NCBI RefSeq assembly: GCF_042650885.1
Contig: NZ_JBHSBU010000001.1
Coordinates: forward strand, 398,679-462,678
DNA: 64,000 nucleotides
Origin: Chitinimonas lacunae
GTDB taxonomy: Bacteria > Pseudomonadota > Gammaproteobacteria > Burkholderiales > Chitinimonadaceae
Direction: 5' to 3'
In this document: positions 42,748 to 53,784 of the stretch, in pieces
Layout of the letters: each line of letters opens with the position of its first letter
How positions within the stretch are numbered: the first letter of the stretch is position 1
Made by a program: the position numbers and the translations under genes
Notes under the pieces: generated by a model
Seen by the model: the letters and a program-made list of their open reading frames with translations, nothing else
The model's database searches: none
Told to the model about the DNA's origin: nothing

Positions 42748-42836
42748 GGTGGAATCCTTGGCGGTAGTGTTAGTTATATTCCGTCTTGGCCGATCATGCT
42801 GGCCGGACGGGAAGGGCCCGTCCGGCCATGGCCTGC

Positions 42837-44795
42837 TTACTTGGCTGCCGCCGTGGCGGTCTGGGCACCCTTGAGATGGGTTTCAAAGAAGCGCAGGGTG
42901 TGGCCGATGCTGAGCACGCGGTTGGAGCGCTTGCTGAAGCCGTGGCCTTCGTCGGCAAACAGGATCAGCTCGGAATCGAGCCCCTTGTTCTTGGCCGCTT
43001 CGTGCATCTGCACCGCTTCGCCCACCGGCACACGCGGATCGGTGGCGCCCTGGATGATCAACAGCGGGGCCTTGAGCTTGTCGAGATGGTTGATCGGCGA
43101 CAGTGCGATCAGGGCATCGCGATCCTTGACCGGGTCGCCGTATTCGGCAATCCGGATGGCGCGGCGGTAAGGCGCGGTGTTTTCCAGGAAGGTCAGCAGA
43201 TTGGACGGTGCCACGGCCGCGACCCCGGCGTCGTAGCTGCCGGCGAACATGGTCATCCCGGCGAGTGTGGCGTAGCCGCCATAGCTGCCGCCCGTGATGC
43301 CGATCTTGGGCGCTTTGCCGTTGGCGCCCCAATTGGCACGGATAAAGCGGGCAGCGTCTTCGATATCGCTGACCACCTGGAGCCGCTTGGCACCGTTGTC
43401 GGCGTCGAGCCAGGTTTTGCCATAGCCGCTCGAACCGCGCACATTGGGCTCGACATGGATAAAGCCGGCATCGACGAACAACTGGTTATAGGCCGAGAAA
43501 CCGGCGGTCGATTGACCTTCGGGGCCGCCGTGGAAATCGACGATCACCGGGCAGGGCGCCGGATCGCACTTGGCCGGGCGCCGCACGAACATCGGAATCT
43601 TGGTGCCGTCACGCGCCGGATAGTATTCGAGCGAGGCCACGGCAAAGCGGCTGGTATCGACTTCGGGGCTGGAGCTGAGGCGCCACTGGATCAGCTTGCC
43701 GGTCTTCCAGTCGAGCATATAGGTGGTGGACGGACTGGTGGCCGTGTCGATGCCGACATTGGCGTAGCGGCCGCTGCGATCGGCCGGCGACAGCGAGATA
43801 TGGTCGGCCTGCGGCAGCTTGGGCAGGGCGAGCGGCTGACCGCTCTTGGCATCGAGCACATAGGACTTGGTATAGCCGCCCTCGTTGACCGCGTAGTAGA
43901 GCCGCTTGCGTTGCTTGTCGAGGCTGAAGCCGTCGATATCCCACTTGAGTTCGGGGCTGAGCGGCGTGAACTTGCCGTCACGGTAGCGGTAGAGCCGCTG
44001 GAATTCGCCGAACTTGTTGGTCTGCACGATCAGTTCGCCCGCAGTGGGACCGTAGGCGACCGAATAATCGACCTGTTCGTTCTGACCGAGCAGCGGGGTC
44101 AGCTGATTGGTCTTGGGGTCCCATTCGTAATGCTCGGAGATGCTGTTGGACAGCGATTTGGTCAGCAGCAGCGTGCCGTCGGGCTGATGGTCGGAAATCG
44201 ACCAGTGGCCTTTTTGCGAGAACAGCTTTTCCTTGCTGCGGCTGTTGAGGTCGTAGCGATAGACCGTGTAGCTGTCAGGCGTCTCGTCGTTGGCCGTGTA
44301 ATAGATAAAGCGGCTGTCGTCGGTGCTGAACTGGTAGCTGGTCTGGACCTTGGGCTTATGCTGGATCTCGACCAGCGGGCCGCCCAGGGCCGGTTGCAGA
44401 TAAAGGCCGGGGTTCTCTTCGCCGTTGCGGTCGCGCAGGATCACCAGCCATTTGCCGTCGGCCGTGATGCCGGCCAGATGGGTACGGTCCTCGCCACCGG
44501 TCATCTGGATCGGATAGCCCATCGGCTGGTCCATGCGCCAGACCTGCGGCGTGCCGGTCAGCGTACTGGTGTAGTAGAGACGCTTGCCGTCCGGGCTCAG
44601 CATGCCGCCGCCGGCGCCGCGCACGTCGAGCATGAACTGGATGCGCCGGCTCAGCGCCGAGTCGATCGGCTGCGGGCGGTAGCGGCTCAGGGTCTCCTGG
44701 CTGACGCTCTCGGTGCCAAGACCGGTGTAGCCGCCAGCGGCCATGGCGCTGGCGCCCAGGCCGGCCAGCAGGACGGCGATCAGGGTTTTCTGCAT
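42837..44795 (-). CDS. S9 family serine peptidase (prolyl oligopeptidase/acylaminoacyl peptidase type) with N-terminal beta-propeller, secreted
   Basis: Signal peptide, propeller region, C-terminal alpha/beta hydrolase with GGSYGGY nucleophile and catalytic Asp/His region. Confidence 0.85.
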   Translation of the reverse strand: MQKTLIAVLLAGLGASAMAAGGYTGLGTESVSQETLSRYRPQPIDSALSRRIQFMLDVRGAGGGMLSPDGKRLYYTSTLTGTPQVWRMDQPMGYPIQMTGGEDRTHLAGITADGKWLVILRDRNGEENPGLYLQPALGGPLVEIQHKPKVQTSYQFSTDDSRFIYYTANDETPDSYTVYRYDLNSRSKEKLFSQKGHWSISDHQPDGTLLLTKSLSNSISEHYEWDPKTNQLTPLLGQNEQVDYSVAYGPTAGELIVQTNKFGEFQRLYRYRDGKFTPLSPELKWDIDGFSLDKQRKRLYYAVNEGGYTKSYVLDAKSGQPLALPKLPQADHISLSPADRSGRYANVGIDTATSPSTTYMLDWKTGKLIQWRLSSSPEVDTSRFAVASLEYYPARDGTKIPMFVRRPAKCDPAPCPVIVDFHGGPEGQSTAGFSAYNQLFVDAGFIHVEPNVRGSSGYGKTWLDADNGAKRLQVVSDIEDAARFIRANWGANGKAPKIGITGGSYGGYATLAGMTMFAGSYDAGVAAVAPSNLLTFLENTAPYRRAIRIAEYGDPVKDRDALIALSPINHLDKLKAPLLIIQGATDPRVPVGEAVQMHEAAKNKGLDSELILFADEGHGFSKRSNRVLSIGHTLRFFETHLKGAQTATAAAK

Positions 44796-45115
44796 GGTGT
44801 TTCTTCTCTCTCGCTAGTGAATGGCCGCGCTACCGGCGGCCTGTAACATCAGGGCGCTTTTTCAACCTCAATAGGGCGAAAACGTTACTTTCTAAAGGAT
44901 ATTAGCTACAGATCTTGTGTCTGTTTTGCCGAAAAGTTTCTTTTCTGCTTCTGAACAGCTTTCCGCCTCGCTTGGCGTCCCTCTCCACCCCAGCGCAGGG
45001 TGCGTTAGCCACAAAGCGGCGTAACGCACCCTCTGCCTCCGGTTTGAGCGCTGTCGGACTCGAACGCCCGGTGACCGCGATGCCGAGAGATCGGGGTCGG
45101 ACCCCTAAGTCGGCA

Positions 45116-46336
45116 TCACTCGTAGCGCAAGGCTTCGATCGGATCGAGCTTGGCGGCTTTCGAGGCCGGCATGATACCGAACACCACCCCGACCACGGCG
45201 CAGAACAGCGCCGCTCCGACCGCGACCCACAATGGTGCTGCCGCCGGTGGGAAGTTGGGGATCATGCCGGCCACCAGATGGCCCAGTCCGAAGCCCAGCG
45301 CAATGCCGACCAGACCGCCGATCAGCGACAGCAGCGAGGCTTCGAGCAGGAACTGGATCAGAATATCGCGCCGGGTGGCACCGATCGCTTTGAGAATGCC
45401 GATTTCGCGCGTGCGCTCGGTCACGCTGACCAGCATCACCGTCATGATGCCTATGCCGCCGACCAGCAGCGAAATACCGACGATGCCGCCCAGCACCAGG
45501 GTACTGACGCTGGTGAATTTCTCCATCATCTTGCTGACCTGATCGACCGAGGACAGCTCGAAATCATCGGGCTTGTCGCCGAGCTTGTGCGCCAGCCGCA
45601 ACTGTCGCTTGACCCGCTCGCGCACGGGGCCGGCGGCGGCATCGGGAGCAAGTGTGAACATCAGCTCGAAATACGGGTCGTTGTCGTAGCCTTGCAGGGC
45701 ACGGCCGGCTTCGAACGGGATATAGATCAGGCTGTCGCGGTTAAAGCCGAGAAACGCGCCGCGCGATTCGAGCACACCGACCACCTTGAACCACTCGCTG
45801 CCGATCTGGATGAACTGGCCGACCGCCTCGCGCGGCAGTTGCAGATCTTCCTGCACCTTGCTGCCGATCACCGCCACCTTGCGCCGGCTCCGGTTGTCAT
45901 CGTCCACCAGAAAGCGGCCCTGGCTGGTAAAGCGCCGCTCGATGAATGCGTACTCGGCCGTGGTGGCGCGAATCTGCGGCGAGCTGGAGCGGCCACGGTA
46001 GCTGGCGCGGCCGGCCTGGACTTGCATCATCGGTGCCAGTTGGCCGATGCCCTCGACCCGGTAGCGCAATACATCGATATCGCTGAGCGGCAGCAGATTC
46101 CATTCGCCGCTGGCCCAGTTGTCGGAATTGTTCTTGGGCTGCACGGTAATCGCCGTGCCGCCGATATCGGCGAATTGCTCGCGTACCGAATCGGCCAAAC
46201 CCTGCATCAGCGATACCACCGCCACCACGCTGGCCGTACCGATCAGGATGCCAAGCGTGGTCAGGAAGCTGCGCAGCCGGTGCGCCAGGATGCTGGTCAG
46301 CGCTGCCCGCATCGACTCCAGCAAGATATAGATCAT
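45116..46336 (-). CDS. ABC transporter permease, MacB/FtsX-like (split from ATPase)
   Basis: N-terminal TM, large periplasmic domain, C-terminal FtsX-type 3-TM bundle; GGGAGA RBS; start overlaps ATPase stop. Confidence 0.85.
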   Translation of the reverse strand: MIYILLESMRAALTSILAHRLRSFLTTLGILIGTASVVAVVSLMQGLADSVREQFADIGGTAITVQPKNNSDNWASGEWNLLPLSDIDVLRYRVEGIGQLAPMMQVQAGRASYRGRSSSPQIRATTAEYAFIERRFTSQGRFLVDDDNRSRRKVAVIGSKVQEDLQLPREAVGQFIQIGSEWFKVVGVLESRGAFLGFNRDSLIYIPFEAGRALQGYDNDPYFELMFTLAPDAAAGPVRERVKRQLRLAHKLGDKPDDFELSSVDQVSKMMEKFTSVSTLVLGGIVGISLLVGGIGIMTVMLVSVTERTREIGILKAIGATRRDILIQFLLEASLLSLIGGLVGIALGFGLGHLVAGMIPNFPPAAAPLWVAVGAALFCAVVGVVFGIMPASKAAKLDPIEALRYE

Positions 46337-47016
46337 GCTGTCTCCCTGGCGCTGTCATGGGCGATGCGGCCGTCGTTGACGCGCACGCTGCGATGGCAAT
46401 AGGCGGCGATATCGGGCTCGTGCGTCACCAGCACTACGGTCTGGCCGTCGCGGTGCAGCTCGTCGAACAGGGCCATGATTTCTTCGGAAGTCCGCGAATC
46501 GAGGTTGCCGGTCGGCTCGTCGGCCAGCAGCAGCGACGGCCGCCCGACCAGGGCGCGTGCCACTGCCACCCGCTGGCGCTGACCGCCCGAGAGCTGGTTG
46601 GGCCGATGGCGCAGCTTATCACCCAGCCCCACGCGCTCGAGCGACTGCTGCGCCAGCCTCTCGCGCTCGCTGCGGCCGATGCCGCGATAGACCAGCGGCT
46701 GGGCCACATTGTCGAGCACGCTCATGCGCGGCAGCAGATGAAAGCTCTGGAACACAAAGCCGATCTCGCGATTGCGTACCCGCGCGAGCTCGTCGTCATT
46801 CATGGTGGAGACATCGCGGCCGTTGAGCAGATAGCGGCCCGAAGTGGGGCTGTCGAGGCAGCCCAGCAGATTCATCAGGGTGGATTTGCCCGAGCCCGAC
46901 GGGCCAAGCAGGGCGACATATTCATTGCGCCCGATGGTGAGATCGACCGAGTCCAGTGCCAGAAACTCGGTTTCCCCCATCCGGTAGCGTTTGCTGACGG
47001 CGTGGAGTTCGATCAT
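46333..47016 (-). CDS. ABC transporter ATP-binding protein (MacB/LolD-like)
   Basis: Walker [10 protein letters not shown], signature [15 protein letters not shown], Walker [13 protein letters not shown]. Confidence 0.9.
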   Translation of the reverse strand: MIELHAVSKRYRMGETEFLALDSVDLTIGRNEYVALLGPSGSGKSTLMNLLGCLDSPTSGRYLLNGRDVSTMNDDELARVRNREIGFVFQSFHLLPRMSVLDNVAQPLVYRGIGRSERERLAQQSLERVGLGDKLRHRPNQLSGGQRQRVAVARALVGRPSLLLADEPTGNLDSRTSEEIMALFDELHRDGQTVVLVTHEPDIAAYCHRSVRVNDGRIAHDSARETA

Positions 47017-48254
47017 GCGAGCGAGGCTCCCGGCGCGTTGCGGCTGATGACCAGTTCCTCTTCCTCGTGTACTGGCGTGCTCTGCGGCTTGATCGGGTCG
47101 CCGGTCTTGAGCTTTTGCAGGCTGCGGCCCGGGCCGATGATCAGCCTGTCGCCGGCTTTGAGCCCCTGGGAAACCTCCTGCCAGCGATCGTCGGCAATCC
47201 CGAGCGTGATGTCGACGCGGGTCGCCCGACCATTGCGCTCGACCACCACATAGCGCTTGCGCGGCTGTTTCGGGTTGGTCGCCTCTTCGCTCAGGACCGC
47301 TTCGACCGGCACGGCGAGCTTCTTCTGCCCATCGCTGAGGAAGACCTCGGCCCGGCAGCTCATGCCCGAGCGCAGATTCAGCCCCGGACCCGGTTGCAGA
47401 TCGACCGTGACCTTGTAGGCCCGGGCGCTGTTGCTGACCGTGGGCGTCAGGGCGAGCTTGGTGACGCGGCCTGGGATGGCCTGCTCGGGGTAGGCGGCGG
47501 CAAATACCTCGACCTTCTGACCCACCGCGATCCGGGCAATATCGGCCTCATCGACCTTGAGTTCGGCTTGCAGGCCGTTGACATCGGCAATCGTCATCAA
47601 TTGGGCGCCGGCCTGGCTGGCGACCGAGGGGATGGCGGTTTCGCCGGCCTTGATCGGCAAGGCCACCACCCGGCCCGAGATCGGCGAGCGGATTTCGGTT
47701 TTGCCAAGCTGCTCGCGTGCCTCGCGCAGCACGGCGTCGGCCCGCTTCTGCGCTTCTTCGCTCGAGCGCAGCGCCACTTCGGCCAGACGGAGCTGATTGC
47801 GGGCGTCGTCGAATTTGGAGCCGTCGATCATCTTGGCTTCGAACAGCTTTTGCGTGCGCTCGAACTGCTTGCGCTGCAATTCGAGCGAGGCCCGTTCGCG
47901 CTCGATGGTCAGCCGGCTTTGCTTGAGCGCCGCCTCTTCGCGGTCGATGGCATTGCGGTAGGACTCAGGGTCGAGCTTGAGCAGCACCTGGCCCTTGCTG
48001 ACCGTATCGCCCTCGACCACCAGCACTTGCTGCACCCGGGCCGTCAGTTCCGAGCGCAATTCGACCTCGGCCCGATAGGCCAGGGTGCCCGAAGCCAGAA
48101 TGGTCGGGCGGATATCGCGCTGCGTCACCGCTTCGACCTGGACTGCCAGGGCGCTGTCGCCGCTCTTGGAACCAAGTGCCAGCGGCACTGCGACCACACC
48201 CAGCGCGATCGCCAGCACCAGCCATTTACGTTTGAAGGGGAATCTCATGGGCAT
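47013..48254 (-). CDS. HlyD/MacA-type periplasmic adaptor subunit
   Basis: N-terminal TM/signal, coiled-coil hairpin, lipoyl/beta-barrel domains; overlaps downstream ATPase start. Confidence 0.85.
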   Translation of the reverse strand: MPMRFPFKRKWLVLAIALGVVAVPLALGSKSGDSALAVQVEAVTQRDIRPTILASGTLAYRAEVELRSELTARVQQVLVVEGDTVSKGQVLLKLDPESYRNAIDREEAALKQSRLTIERERASLELQRKQFERTQKLFEAKMIDGSKFDDARNQLRLAEVALRSSEEAQKRADAVLREAREQLGKTEIRSPISGRVVALPIKAGETAIPSVASQAGAQLMTIADVNGLQAELKVDEADIARIAVGQKVEVFAAAYPEQAIPGRVTKLALTPTVSNSARAYKVTVDLQPGPGLNLRSGMSCRAEVFLSDGQKKLAVPVEAVLSEEATNPKQPRKRYVVVERNGRATRVDITLGIADDRWQEVSQGLKAGDRLIIGPGRSLQKLKTGDPIKPQSTPVHEEEELVISRNAPGASLA

Positions 48255-48504
48255 CCTCTCTCTGTGCAGCGGCCCTGGGCGGGCCGGTGCCGGTCGGGAC
48301 GCTGACCGCTGTAGGCGGGCGATCAGCGTGGTCCAGGCCTATATATTTAGAAATTGATTATTATCCGCTAACAGTCTTGCACCGATTTTTCCTGATTTTT
48401 TCTATCGGTAAGATGTCTCCTTGCCATCGGGTACAACACCCGGCGGCATTGCCGCCGGGTCAGGGCGCTTGGTCGCCAGTCATGGCGGAAGGTTCCGTCC
48501 GGCC

Positions 48505-51500
48505 TCAGGAGGCCTGCTGCGCCACGGTCTCCTGCGGGGCCAGCTTGCGCTTGACCCATTCGCCGAAACTGTCGAGGTAGGTAAAGACCACCGGTACCAC
48601 GATCAGGGTCAGCAGGGTGGACGTGACGATACCGCCGATGATCGCATGGGCCATCGGTGCCCGCTGCTCGGCGCCTTCACCCATGGCAAGCGCCAGCGGC
48701 AGCATGCCGAAGATCATGGCAAAGGTGGTCATCAGGATCGGCCGCAGCCGTACCCGGCCCGCTTCGACAATGGCGGCTGCCCGCTCCATGCCTTCGCGGC
48801 GCAGATGGTTGACGAAATCGACCAGCAGAATGGCGTTCTTCGTCACCAGGCCCATCAGCATGATCACGCCGATAATCGAGAACAGATTGAGAGTCGAGCG
48901 CCACATCAGCAAGGCCAGGAACACCCCGATCAGGCTGAGCGGCAGCGCCGTCATGATGGCGAACGGTTGCAGGAAGCTGCGGAACTGCGAGGCCAGCACC
49001 ATATAGATAAAGATCACCCCCAGGGCCAGGGCCATCATGGCGTAGCCGAACGACTCCTCCATATCCTTCTGGGCGCCTTCCTGTTCGAAGCGGTAGCCGC
49101 TGGGCAGCTGGATGCTGTCGAGCACCTTCTTCACATCGGCCGAGGCTTCGTTGACCGGGCGGCCCGCCACGTCGGCATAGATATCGACGGTGCGGAACAG
49201 CGAGCTGCGCTTGATCAGCGTGGCCGTGCCCGATTCGCGCAGCGTCGCCACCTGCGACAGCGGAATCATGGTGGGCAGGCCGGTTGCCGGATCGGTATCG
49301 TTGCTGGCGATCGGCAGCCGGCTCAGGTCGGCGGCCACCCGGCGCAGATCGGCCGGCAGCCGCACCACCACATCGTAGTTTTCGCCATCGGGCGCTTTCC
49401 AGGTGGTGGCGACGTCGCCGGCGATCAGCGGGCGCAGGGCACTGCCGACCTGACCGACAGACAGGCCGACGGCGGCGGCCATTGCGCGATCGACTTCGAC
49501 ATCGACCGAGGGCTTGTTGGCCCGCAGCGAAGTCTGCACATCGACCACACCGGGGATACGGCCAAAGCGCTCGGCCACGTTCTCGGCGATCCGCTTGAGT
49601 TCGTTCAGGTCCTTGCCCTGCACCGTGACAAAGATCGGCGAGCCGCCACCGCCGCCATCGGGGCCGCGCACGCTGCGGATCTCAAGGCCGGCGATCTTCT
49701 GGAGCCGCTCGCGCAGCCGCGGAATCAGCACATCCTGACCAACCCGTTCGTTGCGGTCCTTGAGCTTCAGGGTGGTGCGCCCGATATGCTTGCCGCCCGA
49801 GTCGCCCGTATTGACCGTGGTGTAGATCTCGATGATCTCGGGGAATTCGCGCAGCGCCGCTTCGACCTGCTGGGCCTTGGCCGAGGTGTAGTCGAGCGTG
49901 GTGCCGATCGGGGTGCGGAAGTCGATATAGAGCCGGCCGACGTCGGCCTTGGGCAGGAATTCGCCACCGATCAGCGGTACCAGCATAAAGGCACCGGCGA
50001 GGCTCGCCGCCGCCATGGCCAGGGTGGTCTTGCGATGACCCAGCGCCCAGGCGATCACCCGGCCGTAGAAATCGGCCACTTTTTCCATGGTGCTGTCGAA
50101 CCAGTCGAGAATCCGGCCAAACGGGCCGCCATGGCGCATGCCATGGGCGTGTGGGTCGCGCCAGACCGAGCTCAGCATCGGGTCGAGGGTGAACGAGACA
50201 AACATCGAGATCAGCACGGCGGCACAGACCGCGATACCGAACTGGTAGAAGAAGCGACCGATGATCCCGCCCATGAAACCGACCGGCAGGAATACCGCCA
50301 CGATGGTAAGGGTGGTGGCCAATACGGCCAGGCCGATCTCCTGGGTGCCGTCGAGTGCGGCCTGATAGTGCGATTTGCCCATCTCGGCATGCCGCACGAT
50401 GTTCTCGCGCACCACGATGGCATCGTCGATCAGCAGACCCACGCATAGCGACAGCGCCAGCATGGTCATCACATTGATCGAGAAGCCGAACAGATAAAGG
50501 AAGAAGAAGGTACCGACCAGTGCCACCGGCAAGGTCAAGCCGGTGATCACGGTGGAGCGCCACGAGCCAAGGAACAGCCACACGATCACCACGGTGAGCG
50601 CCGCCCCTTCAAGCAGGGTCTTCTGCACGTCCTTGAGCGAGTTGCGGATGCCGGTCGATTGGTCACCCAGCACCGACAGGCTGATGCCCTCGTTCTTGAG
50701 TTCCTGATTGAGCCGCTCGACCGTGGCGTGGATATCGTCGGCCACCTGCACGGTATTGGCACCATCGACCTTGCGAATATCGAGCGACAGCGCGCGCTTG
50801 CCGTTGACCAGGGCCAGCGAGTCCTGCTCCTGTTCGCCATCGATCACCTGGGCGACCTGCTCCAGGGTGATCGGGCTGCCGGCGCGGCGGGCGATCACCA
50901 GCCGCTTGAAGTCGGCGGCATCGACCAGCCGGCCTTTGACCTGGACCACCCGCTCGGTCTTGTCGAACTCGATATTGCCCAGCGGAATTTCCTGGTTTTC
51001 GCTCTTGAGCGCCTGCATCAATTGGTCGACGCCGATGCCCAGGGCCTGCAAGCGGGTCGGGTCGATCTCGACCCGGACCTGGCGCTTGATGCCGCCCACC
51101 AGGCTGACGCTACCGACGCCACGCACCATCTGGAACTGGTTGACCAGATACTGGTCGGCCCGGGTGGTGAGCTGGCGCAGCGGCATCTTGTCGGTACTGA
51201 CCGCCACTGAAATGATGGGCTCCTGGGTCGGATCGTAGCGGCCGATGATCGGCTCTTCGATTTCGCGCCGAAAGCCCGGGCGCACCATCGCGACCTTTTC
51301 CCGGACATCCTGCAAGGCTTTCTCGGGATCGACGCTCAGTTCGAACTCGGCCACCACTTCGGTGCGGCCGTTGAACGAGGATGAGGAGACCTTCTTCAGG
51401 CCGGCGAGCGTGGTGAGCTGCTGTTCGAGCGGCTTGGCGATCTCGGATTCGACGATCTCGGGCGAGGCGCCGGGATAGCCGACCGAGACGAATACCACCG

Positions 51501-51627
51501 GGAATTTGACGTCGGGAAACTCCTCGACCGGCAGACGTTTATAGGCAAACAAACCCAGCACCATCAATGACAGCATCATCATGGTGGCAAAGACCGGGTT
51601 CTGGATACTGATGCGGGTAAACCACAT
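48505..51627 (-). CDS. RND multidrug efflux permease (AcrB/HAE1 family)
   Basis: About 1040 aa 12-TM RND with [19 protein letters not shown]-terminus; start moved to ATG at 51627. Confidence 0.92.
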   Translation of the reverse strand: MWFTRISIQNPVFATMMMLSLMVLGLFAYKRLPVEEFPDVKFPVVFVSVGYPGASPEIVESEIAKPLEQQLTTLAGLKKVSSSSFNGRTEVVAEFELSVDPEKALQDVREKVAMVRPGFRREIEEPIIGRYDPTQEPIISVAVSTDKMPLRQLTTRADQYLVNQFQMVRGVGSVSLVGGIKRQVRVEIDPTRLQALGIGVDQLMQALKSENQEIPLGNIEFDKTERVVQVKGRLVDAADFKRLVIARRAGSPITLEQVAQVIDGEQEQDSLALVNGKRALSLDIRKVDGANTVQVADDIHATVERLNQELKNEGISLSVLGDQSTGIRNSLKDVQKTLLEGAALTVVIVWLFLGSWRSTVITGLTLPVALVGTFFFLYLFGFSINVMTMLALSLCVGLLIDDAIVVRENIVRHAEMGKSHYQAALDGTQEIGLAVLATTLTIVAVFLPVGFMGGIIGRFFYQFGIAVCAAVLISMFVSFTLDPMLSSVWRDPHAHGMRHGGPFGRILDWFDSTMEKVADFYGRVIAWALGHRKTTLAMAAASLAGAFMLVPLIGGEFLPKADVGRLYIDFRTPIGTTLDYTSAKAQQVEAALREFPEIIEIYTTVNTGDSGGKHIGRTTLKLKDRNERVGQDVLIPRLRERLQKIAGLEIRSVRGPDGGGGGSPIFVTVQGKDLNELKRIAENVAERFGRIPGVVDVQTSLRANKPSVDVEVDRAMAAAVGLSVGQVGSALRPLIAGDVATTWKAPDGENYDVVVRLPADLRRVAADLSRLPIASNDTDPATGLPTMIPLSQVATLRESGTATLIKRSSLFRTVDIYADVAGRPVNEASADVKKVLDSIQLPSGYRFEQEGAQKDMEESFGYAMMALALGVIFIYMVLASQFRSFLQPFAIMTALPLSLIGVFLALLMWRSTLNLFSIIGVIMLMGLVTKNAILLVDFVNHLRREGMERAAAIVEAGRVRLRPILMTTFAMIFGMLPLALAMGEGAEQRAPMAHAIIGGIVTSTLLTLIVVPVVFTYLDSFGEWVKRKLAPQETVAQQAS

Positions 51628-51689
51628 GGTCGGGCCTCTTGGTTTGGCCCAGCCCGTCCGCATCAGGCGAGACGGGCGGGCTGGGTGGC

Positions 51690-52859
51690 TCAGGCGGTTT
51701 TGGCGGGAGTGACGGGTGTGGCCGAGGGCAGCTTGACTGCCTGGCCTGGCTTGAGGTTTTCCAGCTTGGTGATCAGTACCGTATCACCGGGCTTGACCCC
51801 CTCCGTGATCGCCACCTGTTTGCTCAGTTCATTGAGCAGGCCCAGACGGACCGGCCGGCGCTGCACCCGGCCCTGTTCGACGGTCAGCACATAGGGCGCG
51901 CTGTCCAGATCGCGGATGGCCGAGACGGGCAGCAGCGCCGCATCGTCGGCACGCGCCAGCGTCAGCTCGCCCTGGACGAACATCCCGCCGCGCAGCGCGC
52001 CATCGCCGTTTTGCACCCGTACGAACAGCGGAATCAGTCGCGAACCGCTTTGCGCCACCGGGGCGATCCGCTCGACCCGGCCGCTGAAGCGGCGCTCACC
52101 GAAGCCTTCGACCTTGAAGCCCACTTCCTGGCCGACCTGGACGGCGGCGATCCGGCTGGTCGGGGCACCAGCTTCGAATTCGAGCTCGGACAGGTCGACA
52201 ATGCCAAACAGCTTCTGGTTGATGCCGACCCGGGCACCCGGCTCGATATGGCGCTCCGACACGATGCCGCCGAACGGAGCACGCACCACGGCGTCGCCGA
52301 CCGACTTCTGCGCCAGCGCCACCTGGGCTTCGTCGGCCTTGTACTGGGCCTGCGCCACGGCGTAGCTGTTTTCGGCCGCGTCGTGGCTGTTTGGGGAGAT
52401 GAAGTTCTGCTTCAGCAGATTGGCGCTGCGCTCGCGGTTCTTCTCGGCCAGCCTGAGTTCGGCGCGGGCACGTTCGAGATTGGCCTGGCGTGCCAGCAAC
52501 TGGTTGCGGCTTTCGCTGGTGTCGAGCCGGGCCAGCACCTGACCTGGCTTGACCGGCTGGCCGGGGCGCACCAGCACCTCGGCCACCACGCCTTCGACCT
52601 CGGCACCGACCAGGGTCTGGCGCACCGGGCTCAAGGTACCCGACAGCGGCAGCGGCAGCGCGAGCGAGCCCCGCTGTACCGTCAGCAGGTCGGAGCTGGA
52701 CAGTTCGAGCACGGCGGCGACTTTTTCCGGCGCCGCTTTGCTCGGGGCGGCGTTGCCGCGCTGGACGCTCAGCAGGGGGCCGAGGCCGACCACGGCTACC
52801 AGCGCGAGTGCCCAGGCGATGGGCTTGCGGGCAAAGCGGCGGGGCTGGGCTTGCAACAT
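51690..52859 (-). CDS. RND efflux periplasmic adaptor subunit (AcrA/MexA family)
   Basis: Membrane-fusion protein architecture; start at MLQAQ... with GGAG RBS. Confidence 0.85.
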   Translation of the reverse strand: MLQAQPRRFARKPIAWALALVAVVGLGPLLSVQRGNAAPSKAAPEKVAAVLELSSSDLLTVQRGSLALPLPLSGTLSPVRQTLVGAEVEGVVAEVLVRPGQPVKPGQVLARLDTSESRNQLLARQANLERARAELRLAEKNRERSANLLKQNFISPNSHDAAENSYAVAQAQYKADEAQVALAQKSVGDAVVRAPFGGIVSERHIEPGARVGINQKLFGIVDLSELEFEAGAPTSRIAAVQVGQEVGFKVEGFGERRFSGRVERIAPVAQSGSRLIPLFVRVQNGDGALRGGMFVQGELTLARADDAALLPVSAIRDLDSAPYVLTVEQGRVQRRPVRLGLLNELSKQVAITEGVKPGDTVLITKLENLKPGQAVKLPSATPVTPAKTA

Positions 52860-52876
52860 TGCATGACTCCTTGTGT

Positions 52877-53710
52877 TCAGGATTCGGCGGGCCGCACGCC
52901 GCGCCACAGTAGGTCAACGATGCGCGGCATCAAGGCTTTGAGATCGATCTTGTCGGGGTTGATCAGCCAGGCGAGGATCAGACCGTCCATCAGCGAACTC
53001 CAGAAGATCGCCATCAATTCGGGATCATCGGGACTGCCTTGGCCGTGGTCTTGATGTTGTCTGGCAATCAACTGCGCCGACATGCGATAGGAGCTGAGAT
53101 AGGCGTCGCCGAGGCGGCGGCGGATTTCCGGCTCGCGCGCCTGGCCCATGAATTCGAGGAACAGGCGCGGCCAGTCCGGGTCCTGCTCCACCCGGCCCAG
53201 CACCTCGCACAGCAATTCGAGCAAGGCGGCCTTGGGGTCGGGGTTGGCCTGCTGCGCTTCGAGCGCGGCGGGCAGATGCTGTTCGTATTCGGTCTTGAAA
53301 CGCGAATCGAGCAAGGCGAAGAACAGCTCGTTCTTGCTGCTGAAATGCCAGTACACGGCGCCCTTGGTCAGGCCCGCGTCGGCAGCGACCTCGTCGAGCG
53401 AGGCGCACAGATAGCCCTTGCGGGCAAATACCCGGGCGGCGCTGTCGAGGATGCGGGTACGGGTATCGGCCGGTACCGGCGCGCTATTGTCGAGCCAGGC
53501 GGCAAACTGCTCGCGCGGGCCCAGCATGCGCTTGACCGTCTGCCAGGGCAGGCCGGCTTCGGCGGCAATGTCGCCGTAGTTGATCTCGGCAATGGGCTTG
53601 TGGCTGACCACCTGTTTCAGCGCGGCCAGCGCGCGTTCGCGGGTTTCGCTCGGGTCTTGACGATCTGCGGTGGCGGGTCGGTTCAAAACGGAAGGCTCCG
53701 GATTTGGCAT
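52877..53710 (-). CDS. TetR/AcrR family transcriptional regulator of the RND operon
   Basis: TetR HTH (LDEVAADAGLTKGAVYWHFSSKNELF); same strand and immediately upstream of adaptor and pump. Confidence 0.8.
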   Translation of the reverse strand: MPNPEPSVLNRPATADRQDPSETRERALAALKQVVSHKPIAEINYGDIAAEAGLPWQTVKRMLGPREQFAAWLDNSAPVPADTRTRILDSAARVFARKGYLCASLDEVAADAGLTKGAVYWHFSSKNELFFALLDSRFKTEYEQHLPAALEAQQANPDPKAALLELLCEVLGRVEQDPDWPRLFLEFMGQAREPEIRRRLGDAYLSSYRMSAQLIARQHQDHGQGSPDDPELMAIFWSSLMDGLILAWLINPDKIDLKALMPRIVDLLWRGVRPAES

Positions 53711-53784
53711 ACTGGTCAGTATTTTATTGAGATACTACCGGGTATGTAAACCCCGACCGTCGGACGTCATAGGGGCGCGCTATA

